Positions 48,024 through 59,509 are shown, numbered from the stretch's first letter. The stretch: DNA of 64,000 nt from an uncultured Nitrospiraceae bacterium (GCA_963706325.1 CAVPLT010000001.1:64001-128000), one strand, 5' to 3'. Translations and numbers: made by a program. The notes: generated by a model from the sequence alone, not told the origin.

Positions 48024-49457
48024 TCATTCGGGCCGACGGAGATTGAGGACCAGCAGCTTGGGCTCGGTCATGTCCTCGATGGCATAGCGAACCCCCTCAC
48101 GCCCCATCCCTGAATCCTTCACACCACCATAGGGCATGTGATCCGCGCGAAACGTCGGGATTTCATTGGCCAGGACTGCGCCGACCTCGAGTCGTTCGAA
48201 AGCCTGAAAAATTCGCCCGATGTGCTGAGTGAAGATCCCGGTTTGCAAACCGTAGTCGGACTCATTGACAGCTTGCAACACCGCCTCGAACTCGCGGTAG
48301 GGAGTCACCGTGACCAGCGGACCGAATACTTCCTGGCAGGAGACCTTCATCGTGCCGGTCACCTGGGACAGAACGGTCGGCTGCACGATCGATCCCGTCC
48401 GGCTTCCCCCCGCCAGGACACGCGCCCCTTGCGCTACCGCCTCCCCGATCCACGTTTCAACCCGTTGAGCTGCTCCCACATCAATCAACGGACCGACCAC
48501 CGTCCGTTCGTCGCTTGGATCTCCCGCAGCCAATCGCTGCACCCGATCCACGAGATGATCGGTAAACGCCGCCGCAACCGACTCCTGCACGAAGATCCGC
48601 TGCACCGAAATACAGGTCTGACCGGCATAGCTGAACCCTCCGGTGACACAACGCTGAGCGACATAATCCAAGTCGGCGTCCGGCTCGACGATCACCGCCG
48701 CATTGCCGCCCAACTCCAGCACAACTTTCTTCTTTCCACATTTGGCCTTCAGCATCCAGCCAACGGGAGCACTGCCGGTGAAACTGAGCAGTTTGAATCG
48801 CGGATCCACGACCAGCTGCTCGGCCACGGTATTATCGCAGGGCACCACATTCACCGAGCCCGGCGGAGCTCCGGCCTCCATGAGCAGTTCTCCTAGCAGG
48901 AAAGCGGTCAGGGGAGTTTGCGGAGCCGGCTTGATGAGGATGGAGTTGCCTGCCGCCAATGCCGGCGCCACCTTATGGACGACCAGGTTAAGCGGGAAAT
49001 TAAACGGCGTGATGCCCAGGATCGGTCCGATCGGAAATCGCCGCGTCATCCCCCAGTGCGACTCCATGCCGGGCGACCAGTCAAGCGGCACCACTTCACC
49101 GCCGATCCGTTTCGCTTCCTCTGCCGCAATCGAACAAGTCTGAATGGCCCGACCCACCTCCCGGCGCGCGTCGATCAGGGGTTTGCCGGCCTCGGCGGTC
49201 ATTGTCCGCGCGAATTCCTCTTCCCTCGCCTGAAGCGCCTGGGCGGTTTTCTGAAGGATGGTGGCTCGCGCATAACTCGACAACCTGCGCATGGCCGCAG
49301 CCCCGTCGACGGAGGATTGCACGGCCTTCTCCGCCTCCGACGGACCGGCCTGACAGACATGGGCGATCAGCTCGCCTGTGTAGGGATTTCGTACGGAAGC
49401 GGCTGCCGTGGTACGAGACCACTGGCCGCCGATCAGAAATGGACGTCCATCTTCCAA
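48024..49457 (-). CDS. NAD(P)-dependent aldehyde dehydrogenase
   Basis: ITPFNFPLN, FTGS, LELGGN, AGQTCIS, EVFGP, PYGGVKDSG. Likely TTG start at 49457 after GGAG. Confidence 0.92.
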   Translation of the reverse strand: MEDGRPFLIGGQWSRTTAAASVRNPYTGELIAHVCQAGPSEAEKAVQSSVDGAAAMRRLSSYARATILQKTAQALQAREEEFARTMTAEAGKPLIDARREVGRAIQTCSIAAEEAKRIGGEVVPLDWSPGMESHWGMTRRFPIGPILGITPFNFPLNLVVHKVAPALAAGNSILIKPAPQTPLTAFLLGELLMEAGAPPGSVNVVPCDNTVAEQLVVDPRFKLLSFTGSAPVGWMLKAKCGKKKVVLELGGNAAVIVEPDADLDYVAQRCVTGGFSYAGQTCISVQRIFVQESVAAAFTDHLVDRVQRLAAGDPSDERTVVGPLIDVGAAQRVETWIGEAVAQGARVLAGGSRTGSIVQPTVLSQVTGTMKVSCQEVFGPLVTVTPYREFEAVLQAVNESDYGLQTGIFTQHIGRIFQAFERLEVGAVLANEIPTFRADHMPYGGVKDSGMGREGVRYAIEDMTEPKLLVLNLRRPE

Positions 49458-49485
49458 CGGACCAACTCCAGCGGAAGGAGAATCG

Positions 49486-49764
49486 CTATTGTACGGATTC
49501 CATGGGCGGCGGGGCCGAGGCAGCGGCGCGAAGCGCCTCTTCAGCACGTTGAGCCTCCACCGCCTTGGAGATCAACTCTTCAGTTCCCCAATCCTGAACC
49601 GCCGCCAAACTAAACGCTTCATACGTCGAAACCCCATGGCAGGTGGGACAATCAGGCATGGGGACTTTCCGGCAAAACGCCTCATTCAAACAGGACATGC
49701 AGACCCACAGATCGGGCTCCCCTGCCTTGGCAGGTATCGACCAAAAGGCTTGTTTCAACCCCAT
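49486..49764 (-). CDS. Small zinc-ribbon / rubredoxin-like protein
   Basis: WVCMSC...DCPTCHG; RBS AGAGGA; sits inside the operon. Confidence 0.75.
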   Translation of the reverse strand: MGLKQAFWSIPAKAGEPDLWVCMSCLNEAFCRKVPMPDCPTCHGVSTYEAFSLAAVQDWGTEELISKAVEAQRAEEALRAAASAPPPMESVQ

Positions 49765-49845
49765 AGTGCGGTTTCCTCTTTTACAGGTAAACGATGGTCC
49801 GAGTCACACTGCTGGCACACTGAAGATGTTCTCCGCGAGACCCGC

Positions 49846-50499
49846 TTATTTTGGCTTTCCCCCCGGCGCCGAGAGCAGCTTTTCGATTTCCTCCGCAAAG
49901 GCCTCGAACGGAAATGCGCCTGGAATCGCAATAGCCGGATCTTTGGTCGTCGGTTCCTGCGTGGTGCGCATCAGGACGAACCCGGGCGTGCCGCGAAATC
50001 CCCAGGAGTTGGCCTCGTCCCGATCTCGAAAGATGGACTGTACGTGCGGGGCATCGCGCAGGCATTGCCGAAACTTTGCCTGATCGAGACCGATCGCTTT
50101 GGCATGTTGCGTATAGCTGTCGGCGTCCAACCGCCCGTCGGCGGAAAACAAGCGATCATGCATCGGCCAGTACGTCCCCTGGTCTCCGGCACAACGAGCC
50201 GCCAGGGCGGCCGTCAGACCAGGCCCTTGATCGGCGCGAGGATAGTCCTTGTAGAGGAACCGCACTTTGCCGGTATCGACATAGCTTGCTTGAATCTTCG
50301 GCCAGGTTTCTTTGAAAAACTTGAGGCAATAGCCGCACGTGAAGTCGGAATATTCGATCATCGTGACAGGAGCATCCACCTTGCCTCGCATCCGATTATC
50401 AACAGCCGGCACATTCCCAGGCTCCGCGGCGCCGGCCACGAGCAGAACCAAGAGGAATAACGCGCCGACACTGACGAACCGCGCCCTCCGGGCGGTCAT
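49846..50499 (-). CDS. DsbA-family thiol-disulfide oxidoreductase
   Basis: Signal peptide, EYSDFTCGYC, GTPGF; ATGA overlap with the upstream stop. Confidence 0.9.
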   Translation of the reverse strand: MTARRARFVSVGALFLLVLLVAGAAEPGNVPAVDNRMRGKVDAPVTMIEYSDFTCGYCLKFFKETWPKIQASYVDTGKVRFLYKDYPRADQGPGLTAALAARCAGDQGTYWPMHDRLFSADGRLDADSYTQHAKAIGLDQAKFRQCLRDAPHVQSIFRDRDEANSWGFRGTPGFVLMRTTQEPTTKDPAIAIPGAFPFEAFAEEIEKLLSAPGGKPK

Positions 50500-51599
50500 T
50501 CGGAGACGCTCTTGGCACGGCTTCGTTCCAACAGTCCCACCATGAGCAGAGGCCACACGAGCGTGGCATCGCTGAGCACTTCAGCGAAACGCCCCCCTTC
50601 GGCCGGCGGCACGAACTTGCCCCAGGAGATGCCTTCTTGATAGGTGCACCCGCTCAACCCTCCCCAGTAATCTGGTTCGGGACAGATCCTGACTCCATAG
50701 TGAAAGCGTGGCGGCTGCACGTTGAGCCCCAAGCGCGCGTTGCTGATCTCAATGTAGGGCGCGACTTGTTGAGCCCAGTTGCGAGGCACTCCGCCGCCAA
50801 TGGTAAAAATGCCGAGCCGCTTGGAGCCCAGTATTTCTTCCGCATAGTGATTCAGGTCGAGATAGGGATTAAAGACCGGGCAAGTCTGGTGCAGGGCGCG
50901 CAATACTGCGAGGTCCCCGCCCTCCTTGGTTTGACTGCGAGCCCGGTCGATGTGTTTGCCCATCGCCCATGTGCCCACATCGAGGCCCATCTCGGAATCC
51001 GTGAATGCTGGGATGTAGACCGGCACGTTTTTCAGATAGGCGCTCTTGAGAATACCGGGGCCTTCGAACTCGTCCGTCAGGGTCTTACCCAGTTCCCGGG
51101 TCAAGAGGGCGGACGACAACGGTTGGTCTGAGTGAATGCGCTTTAAGGTCAGTGACACGACGTGCTCGACATAGTTGAGATTCGATTCCATTTCGAGCGT
51201 GTCATACACACGATTGTACCCTTTTTGGAAGAGCTCTTCATCGCTGCGGGACGGGTCGTGACGGTAGTGCAGCTTCCCCACCGATTCGGTCAGGCCATGC
51301 GCGACCAGCGCGCCGGTCGAAACGATCGCGTGGACCATGCCACGATCGATCATCGTGCTGATGATCTTGCCCATCTTCGCAATGGTCATCGCGCCCGAGA
51401 GCGTCAGCACGACTTTGCAATCAGGATCCTCGATCATGGTGGCGAGCGTTTCATAGGCCTCGCCAAGCCGACGCCCGCCGAAAGCCGTCTTGCGCATCGC
51501 TTCAAGCAGTTCCGAAAAAGAATGGATCTTCTCGGGATCGAGAGGCTCGAGGGCCTCCAAACCATCCGTGGCACCGTCGTGAAACTCCCGTCCTGCCAT
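50496..51599 (-). CDS. Deoxyhypusine-synthase-like protein (probable homospermidine synthase)
   Basis: TLSGAM, VSTGA, NRVYD, PAFTDSEMG, IGGGVPRNW, GGLSGCTYQEGISWGK with the catalytic Lys retained. Confidence 0.9.
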   Translation of the reverse strand: MAGREFHDGATDGLEALEPLDPEKIHSFSELLEAMRKTAFGGRRLGEAYETLATMIEDPDCKVVLTLSGAMTIAKMGKIISTMIDRGMVHAIVSTGALVAHGLTESVGKLHYRHDPSRSDEELFQKGYNRVYDTLEMESNLNYVEHVVSLTLKRIHSDQPLSSALLTRELGKTLTDEFEGPGILKSAYLKNVPVYIPAFTDSEMGLDVGTWAMGKHIDRARSQTKEGGDLAVLRALHQTCPVFNPYLDLNHYAEEILGSKRLGIFTIGGGVPRNWAQQVAPYIEISNARLGLNVQPPRFHYGVRICPEPDYWGGLSGCTYQEGISWGKFVPPAEGGRFAEVLSDATLVWPLLMVGLLERSRAKSVSE

Positions 51600-51644
51600 G
51601 ATGAACGCCTCCCGAAAAAATCAATTCCAGACCAGAGAGCTCAT

Positions 51645-51674
51645 TTTATACACAACCGACTGTCGCGGGGTCAA
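51645..51674 (-). promoter_or_regulatory. Putative sigma70 promoter for the DHS-like operon
   Basis: TTGACC-N18-TATAAA, with TG immediately upstream of the -10. Confidence 0.5.
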
Positions 51675-51816
51675 TTCAAGCGCACGGTATTACTGAGTGC
51701 CTTCGGGCGCATGTGAAGCTCCACACTCGAACAACCAGCTGCACCCTTCATCGGCACGAAGAATGCTTTCCCCGGACGAGGCGTGGTGAAAAGAAACGTC
51801 AGATGAAAGCAGTCCG

Positions 51817-52569
51817 TCAGCTTCGAATCCCACTGACCAGAGTAAGCACCATCGCGGTGACAAACATGAGACTGATCCCGACAAACATGCCCATTGCCAC
51901 CTGCAAGCGACGCGTCGCCGTATACGCCATCACGGTGAGAGAAAGAATGACATACAGCAGCGAACCCGCTGCCAGCGTGTAAAAGCAAATGGAGAAGTAC
52001 GGGGACACTCCCTGCCCGCTGAGAAGGGTCCCGACAGAAGTCGGCGCGCCCGCGATCAGCCCGAGCAGAAACACATCGCGCCACGATATCGGCGTTTTTC
52101 CCGCTGCACCCACGATGCCGAATCCTTCGGTGCCGTTGTGCAGTCCAAACCCGGTCACCAGCAACATACTGAGCGCCCACTCCCCACTCGCGTAACTCGC
52201 GCCAATCGCGAGTCCTTCTCCGAGATTATGCAACCCCATTCCGAGCGCGATCATATACGGCAAGGACAGAACCCGGTTGCCCGAGCGACCACCGAACACT
52301 TGGCTGGATTCAAATGCGACCAACCCGACAAAACTGATCCCGAGGCTGCCCAAAAAGATGATCCATGAAAGTCCATCGCGGGCGCCTGTCTGTTCGACCG
52401 CCTCGTGCATCAGATCAAAAAACAGATAGACCAACACACCGGTCGCCACTCCGATGAGTCCACCCTCCCAGGTCCGCGGCAGCACCTTGCCGAGCCACAG
52501 GGCCAGAAGAATGCCGAGATAGACCGGGATCAAACCGGCAATCGCGCCGAGACCAATGAGTTCCAGCAT
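51817..52569 (-). CDS. ZIP-family divalent metal transporter
   Basis: Hydrophobic protein with LHNLGEGLAIG and LHNGTEGF motifs. Confidence 0.88.
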   Translation of the reverse strand: MLELIGLGAIAGLIPVYLGILLALWLGKVLPRTWEGGLIGVATGVLVYLFFDLMHEAVEQTGARDGLSWIIFLGSLGISFVGLVAFESSQVFGGRSGNRVLSLPYMIALGMGLHNLGEGLAIGASYASGEWALSMLLVTGFGLHNGTEGFGIVGAAGKTPISWRDVFLLGLIAGAPTSVGTLLSGQGVSPYFSICFYTLAAGSLLYVILSLTVMAYTATRRLQVAMGMFVGISLMFVTAMVLTLVSGIRS

Positions 52570-52784
52570 GTGAGAGTTGTAGCAGAACCACCGGCGGGGA
52601 AGAAAGACCAGAATGATGTTTCCGCTCCCACGATGAACGGAGGCCAGCGCGGGCGACCCGAATGTCTGTCACGTGTACCAGTCCAATTCAATCCGGCTCA
52701 TCGCGCTGCGTGGTCCCTCCGGGTATCCCTATTGCCGAGGCGCCTCATGCGCTCTGCTTCAGGAGCCTACCGCCGAGTGTCCTC

Positions 52785-53381
52785 TCATTCTACGGACTGC
52801 CCACGGCGTCGCAGGAGAATGATGACAATAGCGAATGCGACGATGACAAAGCCCGCCCCTACAAGCAGGCTACGATGGAGCAGAGGAGACAGGTATCGCC
52901 ATTCTTCTCCGGTGACATAACCGAGTCCAATAAATGTCCCCGACCACACGAGCGCGCCGGAATAGGCGAACCGAGCAAACACCGAGGAAGGAAGCTGAGA
53001 GGCGCCAGCTATGAGCGCCGCTACATGGCGGACTCCCGGGATAAAATAGGCAATGAGCAGCACATACTTTCCCCATCGCTCCATCCACTGATACGTCTGG
53101 GCCAGATGAGCTGGTTGAATGTGGAGCAAGGGGGCGAATTTGACAACAGCACGAGGGCCCACGATTCGTCCGATTGCATAACTCACACTAATCCCACAGG
53201 CACTGCCGAGAAAGGCAATGGCGAGCGTCGATTCAAGCCTCAGATCTCCCATGAAACTCAGGTAGCCGGCAAACAAGAGAATGGTTTCGTCCGGCACTGG
53301 GAGGCCAATAATCCCGAGCATTAATAGGACAAAAATGGCCAGATAGCCGTATCGCGCAATCCATTCCATCCCCCATTCCAT
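52785..53381 (-). CDS. DedA-family membrane protein
   Basis: YGYLAIF, GLPVPDETILLFAG, YFIPGVRH. Confidence 0.9.
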   Translation of the reverse strand: MEWGMEWIARYGYLAIFVLLMLGIIGLPVPDETILLFAGYLSFMGDLRLESTLAIAFLGSACGISVSYAIGRIVGPRAVVKFAPLLHIQPAHLAQTYQWMERWGKYVLLIAYFIPGVRHVAALIAGASQLPSSVFARFAYSGALVWSGTFIGLGYVTGEEWRYLSPLLHRSLLVGAGFVIVAFAIVIILLRRRGQSVE

Positions 53382-53490
53382 TCATGCCCCCTTCCACACG
53401 CTGTCGCCCAACACAGCCTGCACCCATGGGCCTGGCCCCTCCTCCGCTCAAAAACCTTAGGGCCAAATGTTCATCTTCGGTCTTCTTTCA

Positions 53491-54420
53491 TCAGGCGATG
53501 CGCGGCTCACTCACGCTGCCATCCGAGCTGATTCGCCCTTTGGCCATCGCCTCGAAGCCGGAAATAACGTCGAACAGCTCCTCGTCGATGCCACTTTGAC
53601 GCAACTGGTGGAAGCGTCTATTGAGGGCCTCCAGCAGTTCGTCGATGTTTTTCTCGGCGCGTTGCATTGCTGCCAGGCGGCTTGCGTTTTCGCTGGCCAG
53701 AGACTCGGCGCACGCCCGGAAGAGCGAGATGAAAAGATATTCGCGGATGAGTGCACGCACAGTCGCGGTGCCGCCGCACATGACCTCGGGGAGGTTCCCG
53801 GTCGGCCAGCGGACTGCGGCCAGACCTTGTTGCCACTGCGCGTCGAGCGGCAACAAGCGCTGGCTGACCGGCTCATAGAGCGCCCCGGCCTGCGGCCGGT
53901 TGTGGAACACATAGACCCGCGCATACTCACCTTTGGCCCGATGCGCTTCACTTTCAATTTGAATTTGCCCGACGAGCGTGGCGATAGCCTTGACGGAATT
54001 CGGCAGGGCGAAGAGTCCCAACAACGGCAGGCCCGCGTCTGCCAGGCGCGCATGAACACGCTCACCGACGGCCCAGACTTGGGGTGTGCCGGGCAGAGCC
54101 GCGAGTGTCTTAATCGCATAATCCGCCACCACGTCATTAAACTGGCCCACCAGCCCTTGATCGGAACCGAACACGATGGCGCCGATCGCACCCGCCTCCC
54201 CTTGTCCTCTCCCTTCCACCATCAAGGCCACTGGGTCGCTTTCCCGAAAGCACGCGCCTAACCCCAGCTCAACAGCCCGATAGTAGTCGGCCAGTGCCTG
54301 CACTGACTTCTCATATTGTCCGAGACTCGAAGCAGCCAAGGCTTTCATCGTGCGGACGACGGACTGAAGATCGCCGGCACTGTTAATCTTGCGGCGCAGG
54401 CTGACCATGCTGTCGCTCAT
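53491..54420 (-). CDS. atpG: N-type ATPase gamma subunit
   Basis: VVRTMKALAAS, GSDQGLVGQFN, SENASRLAAM, RQSGIDEEL. Confidence 0.93.
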   Translation of the reverse strand: MSDSMVSLRRKINSAGDLQSVVRTMKALAASSLGQYEKSVQALADYYRAVELGLGACFRESDPVALMVEGRGQGEAGAIGAIVFGSDQGLVGQFNDVVADYAIKTLAALPGTPQVWAVGERVHARLADAGLPLLGLFALPNSVKAIATLVGQIQIESEAHRAKGEYARVYVFHNRPQAGALYEPVSQRLLPLDAQWQQGLAAVRWPTGNLPEVMCGGTATVRALIREYLFISLFRACAESLASENASRLAAMQRAEKNIDELLEALNRRFHQLRQSGIDEELFDVISGFEAMAKGRISSDGSVSEPRIA

Positions 54421-54528
54421 CACATCTCCTTAAATGCCGGCTTGAACGCAGTGTTGGATTGGAACCGTGCGAGCGATTTCGATATTCCTTCTACGATCCT
54501 GGTCATTTAATTTTGCGGCGGTTTCAAC
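54420..54528 (-). repeat. Diverged duplicate of the atpA 3' end
   Basis: 54466-54525 matches 57174-57233 at 47/60 nt by hand alignment; [20 protein letters not shown] versus [20 protein letters not shown]. Confidence 0.85.
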
Positions 54529-54561
54529 ATCGACGTGATCCTGGTCGTGGGACGCGTCTTT

Positions 54562-57129
54562 TTATCGATGCTCAAATTGCATTGTTTCTTTGTCAGAAAG
54601 AAATATTCCGCCCAGTCGTCGCAGCGTCTCCAACCACAGGCCGACACCGGCCAGCAAGGCGAGACCGGCAACGAGTTCGAGTGCGCCGGCCGGCGCAAAA
54701 CCCATGACCCCACGCAGAAATGGCACGGCTATCACCGCAACGAGCAGCAGTGCCACGGCCGCGAACATGCGCTTGATCCAGGGGTTGTTCGCGGCAAGGC
54801 CCACAATGGCGGACCGGGACAGGTCGCGGTTGGACAGAATCAGCAGGAATATTCCGAGCACCAGACCGATGAACACCGCAACACGGCTTTGCATTTGACT
54901 GGAGCCCTGCCCGACGAGAACCCCGTGCCCCAGCAGAAGGAGCGCCGCCATGCCGGTACCCTGGATGACCGCATAAATCAGATTGGCGGTGGCGAACGGC
55001 GAGGCCGACAGTAGCCGCGGCGGGCGGGTCATGATGTCGGCGGATTCCGGTTCCGCCTCGAACACGATGGAACAGGCTGGGTCAATGAGCAGTTCCAGCA
55101 GCACGATGTGCACCGGCAGCAACAGCACCGGCCAGCGAAGCAGAGCAGGCACCAGGACCAGCCCGATGATGGGCATGTGTACGGCGAAGATGAAGCGCGT
55201 GGCCTTGCTGATGTTGTCATAAATACGACGACCCTGGCGGATGGCGGCGACGATGCTGGCGAAGCTGTCGTCCAGTAACACCAACGCGGCGGATTCCCGG
55301 GCCACATCGGTACCACGCTCGCCCATGGCAATACCGACGTCAGCCGCTTTGAGCGCGGGAGCGTCATTGACGCCGTCCCCGGTCATTCCTACCACTTCGC
55401 CGTCAGCTCTCAGCACCTGCACCAGCCGCAGCTTCTGTTCCGGCTGTAGGCGCGCGCACAAATCCACATGCCGCAATTTCTCACGTAGCGCCGCATCGTT
55501 CAGTGCCGCGATGTCTGACCCGGTGATGATGTCCGGCCGCTCGCTCAAGCCCACCTGGCGAGCGATGGCACGGGCAGTGGCGGGGTGGTCACCGGTCATC
55601 ATGATGATGCGCACCCCCGCTTTCCGACATTCGGCGATGGCCGCCGGCACTTCCGGGCGAGGCGGATCATTGAAACCCACTAGACCGAGAAAGGTGAAGG
55701 TAAAGTCGTGCTGGTTGTGCGGCCAATCACTGCCCTGCCAGTCACCCTTAGCCACTCCCAATACGCGCAGACCGCGCTCGGCCATGGTGGTCACTTGGCG
55801 CTGGATTTCGTCGCGCCCCGCTTGCGGCAGGTGGCACAGATCCGCCACCGCTTCAGGAGCGCCTTTGGTGGCCAGCAGATGGTGTGACGGTTCCGCGCTG
55901 GAGAACACCTGCGTCATCGCCAGGATGTCGGGAGAGAGGTCGTACTGGAACACCGGGGTGCGCCCGTCGTGCACGTGCTCGGTGCCGGTGAGCCAGCGAT
56001 GGCCGATATTTTGAATGGCCTTTTCCATCGGGTCGAAGGGGTCGGCGGGCGTGGCCAGCATGGCAAATTCGGTGAGTTCGTGAAACGCCTCCGGCAGGCT
56101 GCTTGCGCCTGTGTTGCGGAACACCTCGCCTGCGGTGGCCAACTCCGCCACCTCCATGCGGTTTCGCGTCAACGTCCCGGTCTTGTCCACCGCCAGCACG
56201 GTGATGGCGCCCAGCGCTTCAACCGCCGACACGCGGCGGGTGAGCACCTTTTGCTTCGCAATGCGCCAGGCACCCAGCGCCAGAAACACGGTGAGGATAA
56301 CCGGAATCTCCTCGGGCAGAATGGCCATGGCGAGCGCGATGCCGGACAGCAGGCTCTCGAAGAACGTACGACCGTCCCACAGCCAGCCGAGTAGTATTTG
56401 CGCGCTCGCAAGCAACAGCCCCGCCACCGTCAGATTACGGATCAGCTTGCGCGAAGACTGTCGCAGACCGGAAGGCGCTTCCTTCGTTGCCGCCAGGGCC
56501 TGCCCGATGCGGCCCACGGCGGTCATAGCGCCGATGGCGCGCACTTCTGCGAGCCCCACCCCCTTGGTCACTACCGTGCTGGCGAACAAAAACGGTGTAC
56601 CGTCGCCGCCGGGCTGACCGAATACGGCATCCGCCACGTCGGGCGACTTCGCTACCGGCACCGCCTCGCCGGTGAGCAGGGATTCGTCCACGGCAAGCTG
56701 CCCCTCCAGCAGCAGGGCGTCTGCCGGAATGCGATCGCCTTCGTGTAGCACCACCATATCCCCGCGCGCCACTGCCCCACTCGAAATGCGCATCTCCTGA
56801 CCGTCACGAATCACCAACGCGCGCGGAGCGGACAGATCGCGCAGCGACTCGAGCGCGCGCTGCGTCTTGCGCTCCTGGGCCAGGGTGATGCCGATGACAA
56901 CACCTACGAAGCCGAGCAGGAACAACGCCTCGGCGCGATCGCCCAGCGCGAGGTAGATACCGCCCGCCCCCAACAGCATGAGGAACATGGGTTCGGTCAA
57001 CACGTCGAGCACCATGGCGTACATCGACTTCGGCCGACCGCTGGGCAGGAGGTTCGGGCCCTCGGCGACCAGACGTCGGGCCGCTTCAGCGGCAGTCAGG
57101 CCCGACACCGATTTGTTGAGCCCCCTCAT
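54562..57129 (-). CDS. Cation-translocating P-type ATPase (P2/Ca2+-ATPase-like)
   Basis: [39 protein letters not shown] 57129 overlaps the atpA stop (the ORF track starts at 57135). Confidence 0.92.
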   Translation of the reverse strand: MRGLNKSVSGLTAAEAARRLVAEGPNLLPSGRPKSMYAMVLDVLTEPMFLMLLGAGGIYLALGDRAEALFLLGFVGVVIGITLAQERKTQRALESLRDLSAPRALVIRDGQEMRISSGAVARGDMVVLHEGDRIPADALLLEGQLAVDESLLTGEAVPVAKSPDVADAVFGQPGGDGTPFLFASTVVTKGVGLAEVRAIGAMTAVGRIGQALAATKEAPSGLRQSSRKLIRNLTVAGLLLASAQILLGWLWDGRTFFESLLSGIALAMAILPEEIPVILTVFLALGAWRIAKQKVLTRRVSAVEALGAITVLAVDKTGTLTRNRMEVAELATAGEVFRNTGASSLPEAFHELTEFAMLATPADPFDPMEKAIQNIGHRWLTGTEHVHDGRTPVFQYDLSPDILAMTQVFSSAEPSHHLLATKGAPEAVADLCHLPQAGRDEIQRQVTTMAERGLRVLGVAKGDWQGSDWPHNQHDFTFTFLGLVGFNDPPRPEVPAAIAECRKAGVRIIMMTGDHPATARAIARQVGLSERPDIITGSDIAALNDAALREKLRHVDLCARLQPEQKLRLVQVLRADGEVVGMTGDGVNDAPALKAADVGIAMGERGTDVARESAALVLLDDSFASIVAAIRQGRRIYDNISKATRFIFAVHMPIIGLVLVPALLRWPVLLLPVHIVLLELLIDPACSIVFEAEPESADIMTRPPRLLSASPFATANLIYAVIQGTGMAALLLLGHGVLVGQGSSQMQSRVAVFIGLVLGIFLLILSNRDLSRSAIVGLAANNPWIKRMFAAVALLLVAVIAVPFLRGVMGFAPAGALELVAGLALLAGVGLWLETLRRLGGIFLSDKETMQFEHR

Positions 57130-58679
57130 GACCATTCCTTGCGTGCCAGCTTGGGTTGGACACGCGCGAGCGATGTGCGAGCGAGTTCGACTACCATGGT
57201 GCGATCCTCGTCATTCAATTTCGCGGCGGTTTCGAATCGGGCGCACACCTCCGCGGGGATGTGAGCCGCCGCCTCCTGCACCGCGTGCTCGGCGTTCGTC
57301 ATCTGGTCAAGCGGTACGGCATCGAAAAGTTTTTCGGTCAACGCCAGCAGCAAGATAATTTGGGCGGGCACGGACACCGGGGTGAATTCCGGTTGCTTGA
57401 GACAGGCGCGGATTCGCCGCCCATGTTCGATGATCTTGCGGGTGTCGTCATCCAGCCGGGCACCGAACCGGGCAAAGGTTTCCAGTTCCTCAAACTGCGC
57501 ATAGGCCAGCTTGAGGTCTCCCGCCACGGCGCGGTAGGCCGCCCGTTGTGCTTTGCCCCCCACGCGGGAAACGGATTTGCCGACATCGACCGCGGGCAAC
57601 ACTCCCAATTCGAACAGGGAGGGCGAGAGATAGATCTGGCCATCCGTGATGGAAATCAGGTTGGTCGGAATGTAGGCGGAAATGTTTTGCGCTTCGGTTT
57701 CGATGATGGGCAGCGCAGTCAACGATCCGCTGCCGAGCTCCGGCCGTAAATGCGTGGCGCGCTCCAGCAGCCGCGAGTGGATGTAAAAGATGTCGCCGGG
57801 AAATGCTTCGCGGCCTGGCGGGCGGCGCAATAGCAAGGACAGCTCACGATAGGCGCGGGCGTGATGCGTGAGGTCGTCATAGACAATCAGCACATCGCGC
57901 CCCTGGTCCATGAAATACTCCGCAATGCTGGTCGCGGCGTATGGCGCGATGTATGCCAGACCCGGCGGGTCATTGCCTTCAGTCACGACGACGACGCTGT
58001 AGTCCATCGCGCCCTGTTCGCGGAGGGCGGCCACGACCTTGGCGACGCCCGAGGCGCGCTGTCCAATGGCGCAATACACGCACAGCACATTCTGGCCGCG
58101 CTGGTTGAGAATCGTGTCGAGGGCAATGGCGGTCTTGCCCGTCTGCCGATCACCCAGAATCAACTCGCGCTGGCCGCGTCCAATGGGAATGAGGGCGTCG
58201 ATGACTTTGATGCCGGTTTGCAACGGCACCGCGACGGGTGCACGATTCATGATGGGCGGTGCCGGACGTTCGATGGCCCGGCGCTCACTGGAGACCACCG
58301 GCCCATGGCCATCGAGGGGCCGTCCCAATGGGTTGATGACTCGCCCGATCAACCCGTCGGACACCGGGACATCCATGACATGTCCCCTGCGCTCGACCTC
58401 ATCACCCGCATGCAACTGCCAGTAGTCGCCAAGGAGCACGACGCCGATTTCGTCTTCATCGACGTTGAATGCGATGCCATACATGTCACCGGGAAACTTC
58501 AGCACCTCCTCAAACCCCACCCCGGGGAGACCCGACACCTTGGCGATGCCGGTGGCCAGGCTAGTGATCGTCCCCCTCTCCCGTAGCGTCAGTTGCGGTG
58601 CGAAGGCTTCTCGCACATGGCTTATTCCAGCAAACGCGCGGTCGAACACGTTCTGGAGGCTGTCAGGTTCCCTAATCAT
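57126..58679 (-). CDS. atpA: N-type ATPase alpha subunit
   Basis: [31 protein letters not shown]. Confidence 0.96.
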   Translation of the reverse strand: MIREPDSLQNVFDRAFAGISHVREAFAPQLTLRERGTITSLATGIAKVSGLPGVGFEEVLKFPGDMYGIAFNVDEDEIGVVLLGDYWQLHAGDEVERRGHVMDVPVSDGLIGRVINPLGRPLDGHGPVVSSERRAIERPAPPIMNRAPVAVPLQTGIKVIDALIPIGRGQRELILGDRQTGKTAIALDTILNQRGQNVLCVYCAIGQRASGVAKVVAALREQGAMDYSVVVVTEGNDPPGLAYIAPYAATSIAEYFMDQGRDVLIVYDDLTHHARAYRELSLLLRRPPGREAFPGDIFYIHSRLLERATHLRPELGSGSLTALPIIETEAQNISAYIPTNLISITDGQIYLSPSLFELGVLPAVDVGKSVSRVGGKAQRAAYRAVAGDLKLAYAQFEELETFARFGARLDDDTRKIIEHGRRIRACLKQPEFTPVSVPAQIILLLALTEKLFDAVPLDQMTNAEHAVQEAAAHIPAEVCARFETAAKLNDEDRTMVVELARTSLARVQPKLARKEWS

Positions 58680-59506
58680 TGGCTCTTCGTTTCACGCTTC
58701 GGTTCGGCGTGAACCTCGGGTTTAGGCTCGACTTTGGCATCAAGTTTGTTCTTCTCTTTGAGAAGATTGTCGACGCTTCTTTCCAGTGCCGCCAAATAAT
58801 CCGCGATGCTCCACCCCATCTTGTGTCCATTGGTGGTGAGTTCGATCCCACTGACCAGGTCCGGCGCGGTCTCGAACTGAACGCGGGTTTCAGTCGAGAA
58901 GATTTCGTTGAGCGCTTTGTGTATCGCCGCGCGTTGCTCCGCAGGCAGGTCAAACGTGCTGCGCAGGAGCGCGGGGCCAGACGATGTCTTAAGGGCATCG
59001 GCGAGTCCTTCTTTCGCCTGCCCATCCATCTCCCGCAAGCGTCGAATGAACACCTCGCTCAGGCGTTCCTCCAGGCTCGTCGTGGCAAGGTCCGCCAACG
59101 TCTTTCGCGTGATGGCAAAGACTTCCTCCCGTGTCCGACGGGTGAGTTCGGCTCTCAAGCTCAGGTGTTCGGTTCTCAACGCCTCTTGCCACCTGGTACG
59201 CTCCGTGTCCGACTCCTTCCGCGCCTCGTCGAGGAGCCGCTGACGTTCGGCTCTTGCCTCATCCGCCGCTTTGTTCAACAGTTCGGCGCGCTGCTGGCCG
59301 AGCTCCTCATTCTTGTGCTGGAACTCGTCGCGCTCCTTTTGGGCTGCGGTCTTTTTTGCATTCGCGTCCGCCAGTGCCACGGCGATCCGCCTCTCCCGCT
59401 CATCGATGGCGTGAAGGATCGGCTTGTACAGAAAGCGCTTCATCAGCCATACCAGGATGAGAAAGTTGAGCGCCTGCGCCCCGACGGTGAACCAATCGAT
59501 GATCAT
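58676..59506 (-). CDS. atpF: N-type ATPase b subunit with delta-like C-terminal extension
   Basis: [28 protein letters not shown], long coiled coil, DLVSGIEL. Confidence 0.92.
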   Translation of the reverse strand: MIIDWFTVGAQALNFLILVWLMKRFLYKPILHAIDERERRIAVALADANAKKTAAQKERDEFQHKNEELGQQRAELLNKAADEARAERQRLLDEARKESDTERTRWQEALRTEHLSLRAELTRRTREEVFAITRKTLADLATTSLEERLSEVFIRRLREMDGQAKEGLADALKTSSGPALLRSTFDLPAEQRAAIHKALNEIFSTETRVQFETAPDLVSGIELTTNGHKMGWSIADYLAALERSVDNLLKEKNKLDAKVEPKPEVHAEPKRETKSQ

Positions 59507-59509
59507 GGA

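Noticed and set aside
49408..50460. 350-aa plus-strand ORF
   Set aside because: Antisense to dsbA and the Zn-ribbon gene; Arg-rich, no recognisable domain.
50496..51599. eIF5A/EF-P hypusination system
   Set aside because: No efp or eIF5A-like gene nearby; the pdaD/speB context favours polyamine synthesis.
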